Below, piece after piece: positions 19,726 to 30,006 of a stretch of 64,000 nt of DNA. How positions within the stretch are numbered: the stretch's first letter is position 1; every line of letters begins with the position of its first letter. The notes below the pieces were generated by a model, which ran no database searches, was not told the origin of the DNA, and worked only from the letters and a program-made list of their open reading frames with translations. This DNA is from Longimicrobiales bacterium. GTDB lineage: Bacteria > Gemmatimonadota > Gemmatimonadetes > Longimicrobiales > Gaopeijiaceae. Both the position numbers and the translations under genes were made by a program. Location of the stretch: positions 544,001-608,000 of the forward strand of contig CBDDCX010000008.1 of NCBI GenBank assembly GCA_965226375.1. The letters are read 5' to 3'.

Positions 19726-21837
19726 CTAGAACGCCGCGCTGATCCCCGCGAAGAAGGCTCTACCCGGCCCGGGCTCGTAGTACCGCCCGCCGAACGCGTT
19801 CACCGCGACGGCCGCGGCGTATGTCTTGTCGAAGAGGTTGGCGACCCCGACGAACGGCGAGACCTCCATACGGCCGACCCGAGCGGCGGCAAAGCCGGTG
19901 CGTGCCTCCCAAAGCGAATAGGCGCTCGCGTACTCACTGTTCGAGTCGTTCACCGCAATGCTGCCGACGTAATCCCCCCTCACCTCGCTGAACCAGGGAC
20001 CGCGTGTCAGCCTCAGGGACCCATCCAGACGGTGTCTGGTCAGTCCGGGGATGTCGTTGCCGTCGAACACCTCACCATCCACCACGAAGTCGGTGAAGGT
20101 CGCGTCGACGTAGGTGTAGGTGAGCTGAGCCTGGACCCCCTCCGGAAGGACCGCGCGCACCGATCCCTCGAAGCCTTGGTACTTGGACGATCCGCTGTTC
20201 CGGAAGAACGTGCGGCCCGGCTGGGTCTCGTCTTCGAAGGGCACGAGCTCGTCCGTACTCTCCGTGACGAAGATGCTGGCCTCGTAGGACACTCGGTTAC
20301 GGAGCTGCCCCCTCAGGCCCAGCTCTCCACTCACACCTCGCTGGGGATCCAAATCGGGATTGAACCCACCTCCGCCATCGGGGCGATTGACCAGCTCCGT
20401 GGTGGACGGCGTGTCGAGGGACGTGGCCACATTGCCAAAGAGCACGAGTTCCGGGCGGATCTCCACGAACAGGCCCAAGGTGGGGCTCAGGGCGTCCATG
20501 GTTCGTACACCCGATTCGTCGGGGTCCTCGGGGGTGATCAGGTGATCCTCAGCCTCGAACTGGAAGCGATCATAACGAAGTCCACCCATGGCCCAGAGCC
20601 GGGCGGAGAGGGGTGCCCGCACCTGGGCGAAGAGACCGGTCGCCGAGACGGTCTCGAACTGATCCAGCGTGAGTGTTCCCCTGCTGCCGCCGTCGTTTTC
20701 GAAGTTCAGGCGGTTGTCACGCTGAAGGTCCAGATCGATCCCCACCGTCCACGTGAGGTCACCGGAGTTGCCGGGGGTTTGCGTGGTGATCGCGGCGCGG
20801 GCGCCGAAGGCCGTTCGCTCCAGGTCGATGATCCTTGGCGGGATGGGGTTATCCATGTTCCGGAACAGGCCCCACCCCGAAAACTGAGCGCTCACTCCAC
20901 CCAAGGGACCGGACCAGGCGACTCCCAACTGTCCCTGGTGGACTGCCTTGCTAGAACCCTGCTTCACATTGAACGATCGTGCCGTCAGCACGCCCGCCTC
21001 CAAGTCATCCTGATTGAGTTGCCCGGCGTTCTCCCCGTCGAGGTCGAAGAAATTGCCCGTTATCCGCAAGGATCCCCCGGCGAGCTCGGTTCGCACCTGC
21101 GCATTGGTGTTTAGGCGATCGGCCCCACCGAAGAGGTCGGACGGATCGTCCGGGTGTGTTCGGAAGCCGTCGTAGGAGAGATGGGCCAGGTTGACAAGGT
21201 ATGCGGCTCTACCCGCGGTTCCGGACGTCGTGCTCTGTAGTCGTACCAGGCCGTCGTTCCCGAAGACGCCTTTGGCTTCTTGGCGGATAGGCACCTCGGG
21301 CGGCTGCGCTGTCTCGAAGCTCAGGACGCCTCCTCCTCCGTTCCCGTACATGGCCGAGGCGGGACCGCGCAGGATCTCTGCTCGGCCTAGAGACCCGATG
21401 TCGAGGTGGTCCAGAGTGGACTGCCCGTCCGCCAGGGTCGCTGGAATCCCGTCGACCAGCACCTTTAGGCCGCGCACCCCGAACTGGGCTCGAGCCCCGG
21501 CGCCCCTAATAGAGATCCGCTCGCCGACCGTGTAGTTGTAGCGGTTCTGGACCTGCACGCCCGGAATCCCCTGCAGGGCCTCTTCGAGTGAGAGGCCGGT
21601 GTTGCCGAGTTGGAGATTCCGTTGACTCTGCACGGAAACGGCGAAGGGGGTGCGCCCCAGCTCATCCGAACCGCGGGTTACCGTGACCAAGACGGAGTCG
21701 AGGGGGACGACGCTGTCAGGAAGCTCCTGTGCCCCTAGGCCAGAGGCGATCGAGGGCAGCACTATCAATGCGTTTACCAGGGCTCGAACACTTCTCTGAG
21801 CGGGAGTTCTCGATAGAGTAACCGACGTCGTCATCAT
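19726..21837 (-). CDS. TonB-dependent receptor
   Basis: Plug motif ISIRGAGARAQFGVRGLKVLVDGIP, EILRGPASAMYG, NLFDKTY, C-terminal Phe; start approximate. Confidence 0.93.
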   Translation of the reverse strand: MMTTSVTLSRTPAQRSVRALVNALIVLPSIASGLGAQELPDSVVPLDSVLVTVTRGSDELGRTPFAVSVQSQRNLQLGNTGLSLEEALQGIPGVQVQNRYNYTVGERISIRGAGARAQFGVRGLKVLVDGIPATLADGQSTLDHLDIGSLGRAEILRGPASAMYGNGGGGVLSFETAQPPEVPIRQEAKGVFGNDGLVRLQSTTSGTAGRAAYLVNLAHLSYDGFRTHPDDPSDLFGGADRLNTNAQVRTELAGGSLRITGNFFDLDGENAGQLNQDDLEAGVLTARSFNVKQGSSKAVHQGQLGVAWSGPLGGVSAQFSGWGLFRNMDNPIPPRIIDLERTAFGARAAITTQTPGNSGDLTWTVGIDLDLQRDNRLNFENDGGSRGTLTLDQFETVSATGLFAQVRAPLSARLWAMGGLRYDRFQFEAEDHLITPEDPDESGVRTMDALSPTLGLFVEIRPELVLFGNVATSLDTPSTTELVNRPDGGGGFNPDLDPQRGVSGELGLRGQLRNRVSYEASIFVTESTDELVPFEDETQPGRTFFRNSGSSKYQGFEGSVRAVLPEGVQAQLTYTYVDATFTDFVVDGEVFDGNDIPGLTRHRLDGSLRLTRGPWFSEVRGDYVGSIAVNDSNSEYASAYSLWEARTGFAAARVGRMEVSPFVGVANLFDKTYAAAVAVNAFGGRYYEPGPGRAFFAGISAAF

Positions 21838-21928
21838 CACCCTTCTTGGAGTCACGGCTGGCAGAACCCTCACGATTAAGCCTCCCCAGCATATCCGTGT
21901 GCTGAGGGACCTACCAGGGGCGGGGTCT

Positions 21929-22393
21929 CTACTGTCGAGCCATCTTCCAGACTCCGAGGGCGTTGAACGTGACCACGTAGGCCGTCGCGCTTCCGCCCAC
22001 TGTGATCGTGCCGGTCCCCGTGAGCCCGCACTCCCTACAGACTCCACGCCCGGAGAAGCTGAGGCTGTCACCGGTGAATCCCATACTCATCGTCGCGATC
22101 TTGAAGTCCGTGCCTTCTCCCAGCTCCATGGTTCGCAGCGTGTCCGTAGAGGTCCGGATCATCAGGCTGCGATCGGTGGTGTTCACGACGAGGCTCACGG
22201 GCGATCGCCGTTGAATCGCAAACGCACGCGTGAGGGATACGTGCGTGCCGACCACACGAGCGGCTCGTTCGGGTCCGACGCGACCGAGGTACGCCCCGTA
22301 TTGTCCGGCGGCGACCGTGGTCATGACCGACAGGATCAGCATCACCATCAGCAATTCCACGAGCGTGAATCCGGCCTCCCTGTGCATTCGCAT
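21929..22393 (-). CDS. FimT/GspH-like minor pilin
   Basis: Class III signal peptide EAG|FTLVELL; AGGAGG RBS; R..AI motif and SFSGRG. Confidence 0.88.
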   Translation of the reverse strand: MRMHREAGFTLVELLMVMLILSVMTTVAAGQYGAYLGRVGPERAARVVGTHVSLTRAFAIQRRSPVSLVVNTTDRSLMIRTSTDTLRTMELGEGTDFKIATMSMGFTGDSLSFSGRGVCRECGLTGTGTITVGGSATAYVVTFNALGVWKMARQ

Positions 22394-22642
22394 GGTCAAC
22401 CTCCTACGCTTTCATCGAGCCTGCTTTCGGCAAGCCCTTTGGCGAAGGCTGCCTCCCAGGTGAAGCCGGAGTCGATGTACGACTCCGCCAAGTCCGTCAG
22501 GAACCGGGCTTCGATCTCGGGCGTCGCTCCAGGGAAGTGCAAGTACTTCGAGATGCTCTGGGAGGATCGAGCCAGGAGCTCCTGGGTCTCCTCATCGGTG
22601 GAAGCAAAGACGTGAAGTGGAGCCCCGAACAGGATGAGCCCA

Positions 22643-23709
22643 ATGGGGTATTGCCTTAAGTCCACCGCCCACTACATGTTGTGGTCATGGCGGTTCCGGC
22701 TTCTCAGCTCCGTGGCGGCGTGGACTATCCCCGTACGCGGCTGGAGCTGGACGAGTTCTTCCCCGACGATGCGGCATGCCTGGAGTACGTGGAGGGTCTG
22801 CGCTGGCCGGAAGGGTTTGTGTGCGTGGGCTGTGGCGGGTTGGGAGAGGTCTGGCGAGCATCGCGGGGGCGTCTCGTCTGCCCACACTGTCGAAGGCAGA
22901 CCTCGGTGCTGGCGGGAACCGTGTTCCACCGCACGCGCTCGCCCCTGCGTCTGTGGTTTCTCGCTGCCTGGGAGCTCACGAGCCAGAAATACGGAGCCAA
23001 TGCTCTCGGGCTCCAGCGCGTGCTCGGACTGGGAAGCTACAAGACAGCGTGGGTCTGGCTCCACAAGCTCCGCCGGGCCATGGTCCGACCGGATCGCGAC
23101 CAGCTGAGCGGCGTTGTGCAAGTGGACGAGAGCTATGTCGGGGGCGTGGAGGCTGGAGTGCGGGGCCGCGAGACGATCAAGAAGGCCATCGTCGCGATCG
23201 CCGCCGAGGTCGACGGACGCAAGATCGGGAGAATACGGCTGCGTTGGGTGCCCGACCTCTCCGCTCCGGTTCTGCGAGGCTTCGTCAAGGATAGCATCGC
23301 ACCGGCAAGCACGGTGCATACCGACGGATGGCCAAGCTATCAGGGACTCGCCAAACTGGGCTTTCGCCACACGGTCACGAACCTCTCGACCTCCGGCGAT
23401 CCCGCTCACGTGCTCATGTCGGCCGTACATCGGGTGGCGTCTCTCCTCAAGCGCTGGGTCCTCGGAACCCTCCAAGGAGGGATCGCCCGCGAACACCTCC
23501 CCTACTATCTGGACGAGTTCACCTTTCGCTTCAACCGACGCACATCCCGGGCTCGCGGCCTGTTGTTCTACCGCTTGCTTGAGCAGGCTGTTCAGTGTGC
23601 TCCCACGCCAGCTTCGGCCCTTTACCTCGGCACCGGACGTGGGAAACGGCCCGCAGAGCCCCGGTAACCACTATATCTTGGGGTCGGTGGACTTAAGGGA
23701 ATACCCCCT
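22643..23709 (+). mobile_element. IS1595-family insertion sequence, copy 2 (transposase 22681-23667)
   Basis: Same TIRs and identical transposase as copy 1; 8-bp TSD tgagccca at 22635-22642 and 23710-23717. Confidence 0.97.
22681..23667 (+). CDS. IS1595-family DDE transposase
   Basis: Protein identical to 12342-13328. Confidence 0.96.
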   Translation: MVMAVPASQLRGGVDYPRTRLELDEFFPDDAACLEYVEGLRWPEGFVCVGCGGLGEVWRASRGRLVCPHCRRQTSVLAGTVFHRTRSPLRLWFLAAWELTSQKYGANALGLQRVLGLGSYKTAWVWLHKLRRAMVRPDRDQLSGVVQVDESYVGGVEAGVRGRETIKKAIVAIAAEVDGRKIGRIRLRWVPDLSAPVLRGFVKDSIAPASTVHTDGWPSYQGLAKLGFRHTVTNLSTSGDPAHVLMSAVHRVASLLKRWVLGTLQGGIAREHLPYYLDEFTFRFNRRTSRARGLLFYRLLEQAVQCAPTPASALYLGTGRGKRPAEPR

Positions 23710-26136
23710 TGAGCCCATTATCGTCGGTACTGATCTTAGCCCCGCGCCCCAGGTTGGCCACCTCTTCGGGCCCCATGCGCGCCTGGGCCAGCACATCGGA
23801 GAGTCGAGTGAAGCCTAGCCGTGCGAGGTCCTCCCGAACGGCCGGGGCTGTCCAGGCCTGGCCCATGCGCGCCACATTCAAGTCGATCGGCTCGGCTGAT
23901 CCCACCAGAATCAGGTCTCTCCTGCTCAACGGTTGGAAAACATAGACGTTCGGAAACACCGTTTGGAACGTAGCGATCACCGAACGAAGCAGGCCCGGGT
24001 CCAGGTTGTACATCTGGAGCCACTGTCCGAAGATTCCTCCCTGAGCGAGACGATCGGCTCCGATCTGAAAGAACTCCCGCGTGAACAAGTTTGCAGGACC
24101 GGCCATCCAAGGGTTGGACGGCTCAGAGATGATCACGTCGTACTGTTCATCGGTCGCCAGGAGGTAGCTCCGGGCGTCAGCGAACTTGAGCGTGGTTCTC
24201 GGATCGTCCAGAGGCCGTCCGTTGACGAAATCGAAGAGACGCGTGCCGGGCACGGAAGCCGGCTCGATCTCGACGATATCGAGTTTGTCGAGGGGGTGGG
24301 TGAGGGCGGAGCCGGCGGTCGTCCCGCTGGCCAGGCCGATCACCAGGGCGTTCTTTGGGTTCCGGTGGAGTAGCAGCGGGCCATGGGCAAGCATGACCTG
24401 AGTGTGCATGTCGCTCACCGAGGAAGCGTCGGCCTTACCGTCCGTGAGGTACACGACGTTGGCCGTCTCGACGCCGCCCAGCAGACGGGTCCGGTTCTTC
24501 TGCCACATGACGGACACCGTGGAGGCTGCTCCTTCACGGTAGTAAAGAATCTCCCAGTCGCTGCGGAGGAAATCTTGATATTCCTCCCGATCGAATCCGT
24601 GCCCCAGGTCTTGGACGTACTCGAAGACGCCGCTGGTCATGGCGAGCGGATCCCACTTGGGTGCGACGGCGACGGCGCCCAGGCCCAGAGCCGCAACCAC
24701 GGAACCGCGTGCCAGCCTGGGAAGCAAGCGCGGGACTCCGGTGAATGCCCCGAACGTCGCTCCGACCGCGATATAGATGAAAACGGCGAGGTGGATGGTG
24801 CCACTGATGCCGAGCGCCGGAATGAGCAGGAATCCCGCTGCGGCAGCTCCCAGGACGCCCCCGGCGGCGTTCCCGGCGTAGAGGCGACCCACGGAGGATC
24901 CGACACGATCCCGGGACAGCCCCGCCGCGGCCAACCCCGCCGGGAAGAGCCCGCCCATGGCCAGGGTGGGCAGGATCAGGGCTGCCGCGCTCACGGCCGC
25001 CTCGATGGCGAACAGGGCTCCTCCCCCCAGCTCGCCTCCCCACTCATAGAAGAGGATCGCGAACAGGTACGGAAGCTCGCCCGCGATCGACAGCGTGGCG
25101 ATCGTGAGCAGGCCCGAGGCCACGGACAGCATCCAGAACGTCCGAACCCCGTCCCAGCGCCACCTGTCGAGTGCCCAGGAGAAGAAAAGGCTGCCCAGGG
25201 ACAGTCCGATCAAGAAGGTGGCCAGCATGATGCTGAAGGCGTACACCGACGGGCCCACTACGAGGGACAGCGTGCGTGTCCATCCGACCTCCAGCGCCAT
25301 AGCAGCGAAGCCGGTGAGCGCCAGGGCAACAACGGTAGTGGCCTCCCGTTCGGTCATCCGAGGCGTGGGTGCGGTGGCCGTCGCCACCGAGCCCGGATCG
25401 GCCTCGGCACTCGATCCGAGAGCCGTCTGCGGCTCCTCGAAACGCGAGGACAGGTAGAACGCGATCACGCCCACCAACCCGTTGACGAACACCGCGATGA
25501 AGATCGTGTTGCGGTACCCGACCAGGGGAAGCAGGAAGAACCCCGTGACGACCACGCCCACGACCGCGCCCAAAGTGTTGATCCCGTAAAGGGTGCCGAT
25601 TCCCCTTACCAGTGCATCGCTGCGTTGACCCCAGAACTGCGCGATCACCGGGAGCGTACCCCCCATGAGAACCGTCGGGGGCAGCAGAACGGCGAAGCAG
25701 ATCAGAAAACGAACGGCAGCGAAGGCCAGCGGACTCGATTCGAGTGATGTCCACGCGAGGCGAAGGAGCGGGGTCAACGCCGTGAAAAGCAGGGGCATTA
25801 ACAGGGCGTAGAGTCCGACCGAGATCTCGAGCCAGCCGTACGTGCGAAGCGGCCGCGCCCACCGCCCTATTTGCCGTGCGAAAGCGTAGCTACCGAGAGC
25901 GAGACCGGCCATGAAGGCCGCCAACACCGTCGCCGCCGCCTGGCCGCTGCCTCCGAAGATCAACTCCAGAGAGCGCAACCACGCGACCTGATACGCCAGG
26001 CTGGCCGCTCCGGAGAGGAGAAAGCAGAGGTACAAAGCGAGCATGATCGAGGATTCTCGGGCTCAGCTCAGGAGCTCTTGGACTTCCCCTGGGGGGAGGT
26101 CCATAGGCTGCTGGCCCGTCGAGCCGTAGGCGTCCA

Positions 26137-27477
26137 TCAGTTACCGCTGATCTCGCGCCAGAGCCCGTCTCGGGGTTCCATGATCATCATCCGGTGCCAC
26201 GATTGTGCGATCTCGCAAGGGCGGTACTTCATGTCGTTGTGATCACCGTCCAGATTGCTTCGGCAGTCGCCGTCCGTCACTTCCTGTTCGGTGCACCCGA
26301 GTCCGGCGATGGCGGCCCCCTTCACGTGGATGTGCGCGCCGTCCTGGGTGGTGATCGTACCTCCCACCAGGATGATGCCCGTCCACTCGAGCTTGTCGTT
26401 CGTCACTATGATGTCGCCATCGACGATGAGGATCCCGTATCCCTTGACGCGCTGGTCGGTGGTCAGATCACCCGTGTATCGGACGATGGGCCATTCAGAG
26501 GCGGACTTCCAAGCGGCAGCGTCGCCTGATTCGAACATGTCCATCAGGTCGCCGGAGTCGTTCAAAGCGACGACGCCCGTGACTCCGCTGTAGAACGAAC
26601 TGCTCAGCATCTCGGTCCAGTCTATGCCCATGTCGGCTTTGATTGCCGCGGCGGTGGTGAAGGTGCTGTCCACATCCGCGGGGGAGGACACTCCCTTGCT
26701 GTGCCACTTGTACGGGCAGTTTTTGCCGCCGGGGCAGTCAGCGTCGGGGAGGGGAAGATCCCACTGCCCCAGGGGGACCGTGAGGTTCGGAATCGGCACT
26801 TCGGTTCCGCATGCACCATCCTTGCCCGCCTTCGCCTTGCCATCGAAGTGATAGTGGTCGTCGGCGTCACCCCCGAACTCGATACCGCCCACCGAGGTGA
26901 ACACAGCGTTGATGTCGAAGGGGGGAGAGAGAGCCCCGTACATGGCCAGGAGCCGCGTGGTCGAGAGGGAAACGTCCCGTGAATCGGTCACCGTGGAGTG
27001 CGCGAACAGCTCGTAGATCGGAGTGGTCCCATTGTTCATGATGAATTCGGCAGTCACGATGACGGAGGCATCTAGAAAGTCGTCCGCTTGGGGCGGCGGA
27101 GTGGTCATCTCGAGGTCCTCAAGCAATTCCTCCTCCTCATTGTCGTCGTCTGCCGCACACGTATCCTGCTCTGCCTGCGTCGGGTACAGGAGTGTGTCCG
27201 CACACGGATCCGCGTAGTACTCGAAGGTCATGTCGATGGAGTCGCTCTGGAGGCGGGCCGCGAAGTAACGCGCGAATCCCGCTTCGGCCGTGTACAGCGC
27301 CCGTGAGGCTTGGGCGTATCCCTGGGCGGCGCTGTATTCGGCACGTGAGAGCCAGAAGCCCGCGGTGGCGAACACCGTGATCAGCAGAAGTATGAGGACG
27401 GCGGACACTAGGGCTCCGCCCATCTCACTCGAGACGTGGGCCTCTCGCGGGAGGCGCTCCCGACACGTATAAATCAT
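26137..27477 (-). CDS. PilX-like minor pilin / pilus assembly protein
   Basis: EMG|GALVSAVLILLL prepilin-like segment lacking E5, ALYTAEAG motif, C-terminal GYGILIVDGDI...WTGIILVGG repeats. Confidence 0.82.
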   Translation of the reverse strand: MIYTCRERLPREAHVSSEMGGALVSAVLILLLITVFATAGFWLSRAEYSAAQGYAQASRALYTAEAGFARYFAARLQSDSIDMTFEYYADPCADTLLYPTQAEQDTCAADDDNEEEELLEDLEMTTPPPQADDFLDASVIVTAEFIMNNGTTPIYELFAHSTVTDSRDVSLSTTRLLAMYGALSPPFDINAVFTSVGGIEFGGDADDHYHFDGKAKAGKDGACGTEVPIPNLTVPLGQWDLPLPDADCPGGKNCPYKWHSKGVSSPADVDSTFTTAAAIKADMGIDWTEMLSSSFYSGVTGVVALNDSGDLMDMFESGDAAAWKSASEWPIVRYTGDLTTDQRVKGYGILIVDGDIIVTNDKLEWTGIILVGGTITTQDGAHIHVKGAAIAGLGCTEQEVTDGDCRSNLDGDHNDMKYRPCEIAQSWHRMMIMEPRDGLWREISGN

Positions 27478-27480
27478 TCT

Positions 27481-28547
27481 AGGGGGTATTCCCTTAAGTC
27501 CACCGACCCCAAGATATAGTGGTTACCGGGGCTCTGCGGGCCGTTTCCCACGTCCGGTGCCGAGGTAAAGGGCCGAAGCTGGCGTGGGAGCACACTGAAC
27601 AGCCTGCTCAAGCAAGCGGTAGAACAACAGGCCGCGAGCCCGGGATGTGCGTCGGTTGAAGCGAAAGGTGAACTCGTCCAGATAGTAGGGGAGGTGTTCG
27701 CGGGCGATCCCTCCTTGGAGGGTTCCGAGGACCCAGCGCTTGAGGAGAGACGCCACCCGATGTACGGCCGACATGAGCACGTGAGCGGGATCGCCGGAGG
27801 TCGAGAGGTTCGTGACCGTGTGGCGAAAGCCCAGTTTGGCGAGTCCCTGATAGCTTGGCCATCCGTCGGTATGCACCGTGCTTGCCGGTGCGATGCTATC
27901 CTTGACGAAGCCTCGCAGAACCGGAGCGGAGAGGTCGGGCACCCAACGCAGCCGTATTCTCCCGATCTTGCGTCCGTCGACCTCGGCGGCGATCGCGACG
28001 ATGGCCTTCTTGATCGTCTCGCGGCCCCGCACTCCAGCCTCCACGCCCCCGACATAGCTCTCGTCCACTTGCACAACGCCGCTCAGCTGGTCGCGATCCG
28101 GTCGGACCATGGCCCGGCGGAGCTTGTGGAGCCAGACCCACGCTGTCTTGTAGCTTCCCAGTCCGAGCACGCGCTGGAGCCCGAGAGCATTGGCTCCGTA
28201 TTTCTGGCTCGTGAGCTCCCAGGCAGCGAGAAACCACAGACGCAGGGGCGAGCGCGTGCGGTGGAACACGGTTCCCGCCAGCACCGAGGTCTGCCTTCGA
28301 CAGTGTGGGCAGACGAGACGCCCCCGCGATGCTCGCCAGACCTCTCCCAACCCGCCACAGCCCACGCACACAAACCCTTCCGGCCAGCGCAGACCCTCCA
28401 CGTACTCCAGGCATGCCGCATCGTCGGGGAAGAACTCGTCCAGCTCCAGCCGCGTACGGGGATAGTCCACGCCGCCACGGAGCTGAGAAGCCGGAACCGC
28501 CATGACCACAACATGTAGTGGGCGGTGGACTTAAGGCAATACCCCAT
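27481..28547 (-). mobile_element. IS1595-family insertion sequence, copy 3 (inverted)
   Basis: Same TIRs; 8-bp TSD atcattct at 27473-27480 and 28548-28555. Confidence 0.97.
27523..28509 (-). CDS. IS1595-family DDE transposase
   Basis: Protein identical to copies 1 and 2. Confidence 0.96.
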   Translation of the reverse strand: MVMAVPASQLRGGVDYPRTRLELDEFFPDDAACLEYVEGLRWPEGFVCVGCGGLGEVWRASRGRLVCPHCRRQTSVLAGTVFHRTRSPLRLWFLAAWELTSQKYGANALGLQRVLGLGSYKTAWVWLHKLRRAMVRPDRDQLSGVVQVDESYVGGVEAGVRGRETIKKAIVAIAAEVDGRKIGRIRLRWVPDLSAPVLRGFVKDSIAPASTVHTDGWPSYQGLAKLGFRHTVTNLSTSGDPAHVLMSAVHRVASLLKRWVLGTLQGGIAREHLPYYLDEFTFRFNRRTSRARGLLFYRLLEQAVQCAPTPASALYLGTGRGKRPAEPR

Positions 28548-28554
28548 ATCATTC

Positions 28555-29514
28555 TTATCCTCCAACGTTGCGCAGCGGCACGTTCACCGTCGCGTCGTAT
28601 TCCAGTGATCTGATGGTCCCTGAGGCGTTGGTCTCTGTGTAGCCCAGCGCCTTGATGCGCACTGTAACCACGTTCTTGTGCTGCCCCGCCGGCACGGTGG
28701 TCACCACATTCCCGTTCGCCAACACGTACTCGAAGCCCGCTCCGTTCGCGAAGAGCCCCGTGAGCTCCTGTGAAGCGCCCGGCATGTTCCGGAAGAGTGC
28801 TCGGGTGCCCGGCTCGAAGACGGAAGCCCCGAATGTATAAGTGATGTCGCTGTATACGATGAACTCTGAGGCGGCTACGGGAGCGGATCCGGTCCCAGTC
28901 GCAAAAGCGTTGAAGCGGGGGTAGTCCACGTTGGCCGTGTCGGCAAACTGATTGACGGTGCCATCTTTGTTATACGTGGTCGTAGCCTGGAACTTTGCTC
29001 CGGCGCCCTCTTTGCATAGAAAGCTGGTCGCTGCCACCAAAGAGTCATCCCACTTGGAGTCCGACTCTTCGAAATACGCCCAGTCCTCGTCCGGCTCCCT
29101 GACTCCGTAACCGGACTGTACCTGGTCCGCGAAGAGTGCGTCTTCCGCGGCTCGCAGAAACATCTCAGCTCCGGTCCCGTCCAGGGCTTCACCACAGATT
29201 AGCCCCCATTGGATGGGATAATGGACGGAAATGGAGTCCGGCGTCCCGAGCACCAGCCCTAGGGGAGGCACCGTCCGGAGCTCTCCGGCCACAAGGTCGA
29301 CGGACGCGCGGATGCTCCTCTGGAGCGCCATGCGGTCGGCTTGGATGTCGTAGAGAGTCCTCTGAGACATCATCAGGCCCACGGTGCTGGCGATGATGAT
29401 GCCGAACAGTGTGAACGCAATCAGGAACTCGATAAGCGTGAAGCCGGGCTGTTTCCCGTCGGCTGGACCCTCGCCCTCGACCGATGCCGGTGGTTGGTGC
29501 GGATGATGCATCAC
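28555..29514 (-). CDS. PilW-like minor pilin
   Basis: QPG|FTLIEFLIAF N-methylation motif; ends ATVNVPLRN. Confidence 0.87.
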   Translation of the reverse strand: MMHHPHQPPASVEGEGPADGKQPGFTLIEFLIAFTLFGIIIASTVGLMMSQRTLYDIQADRMALQRSIRASVDLVAGELRTVPPLGLVLGTPDSISVHYPIQWGLICGEALDGTGAEMFLRAAEDALFADQVQSGYGVREPDEDWAYFEESDSKWDDSLVAATSFLCKEGAGAKFQATTTYNKDGTVNQFADTANVDYPRFNAFATGTGSAPVAASEFIVYSDITYTFGASVFEPGTRALFRNMPGASQELTGLFANGAGFEYVLANGNVVTTVPAGQHKNVVTVRIKALGYTETNASGTIRSLEYDATVNVPLRNVGG

Positions 29515-29930
29515 AACCCCTGATCGTAGATGTAGGTTTCGAACCGCTCGAGGTTGTTCCGGTCCAGATTACCGCCGCCCGAGTACACTACGATCTGGTA
29601 GAGTTGGGCGGGGGCCTGGACGCTCAGTTGAGAGCTGACGTCGGTGAGGGTCGAGAGGACCACATAGTCCTGACTGCCCAGGTCGATCGTGTCGACGTTC
29701 AATCCGAGTGGGAGCGAGTCGAAGGGCATGACCATATAGCTGTCCAGAATCTGCTGGGCGGCGAGCGTGGAGTTCGTGAGGTTGAAGCCCATGCGCACCT
29801 GGGTAACCGACGAAGCAGCCATGCTAGTGACTGCGAGCACGCCGATGCTGAGCACCACGAGGGCCACAAGAACTTCTACCAAGCTGAAGCCCCCTTCGGA
29901 ACCCGTGGTTCGTGGACGCATGTTTTTCAT
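29511..29930 (-). CDS. PilV-like minor pilin
   Basis: EGG|FSLVEVLVALVVLSIGVLAV. Confidence 0.88.
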   Translation of the reverse strand: MKNMRPRTTGSEGGFSLVEVLVALVVLSIGVLAVTSMAASSVTQVRMGFNLTNSTLAAQQILDSYMVMPFDSLPLGLNVDTIDLGSQDYVVLSTLTDVSSQLSVQAPAQLYQIVVYSGGGNLDRNNLERFETYIYDQGL

Positions 29931-29990
29931 TGCCTACCTACCTGGGTATGACTGAGCCGTCCATGTGGACAGCGAGTGGGTGGCTAGCCG

Positions 29991-30006
29991 TGCAAGGCTC
30001 ATGCCT
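29991..30006 (-). promoter_or_regulatory. Putative sigma54 (-24/-12) promoter of the minor pilin operon
   Basis: Minus strand AGGCAT-GAGCC-TTGCA, exact GG-N10-GC spacing, 60 bp upstream of the pilV-like ATG. Confidence 0.7.

Larger units (their letters stand above)
22396..26044 (-). pseudogene. Fused multi-TM / spermidine synthase-like protein interrupted by IS1595 copy 2
   Basis: SGAASLAYQVAWLRSL, LVIGLASGTTAG, VEIEP, DARSYL, YDVIISEPSNPW; excising the IS restores ISTDDNGLILFGAPLHV in frame (857 aa). Confidence 0.93.

Noticed and set aside
24383..25747. Long opposite-strand ORFs (454 aa here; also 31095-32507, 20032-21114, 42585-43733)
   Set aside because: They fully overlap well-supported genes on the other strand and are typical high-GC shadow ORFs.
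22643..28547. Composite transposon formed by inverted IS copies 2 and 3
   Set aside because: Each copy has its own matching TSD and the host genes are continuous across them, so these are independent insertions with no inversion.
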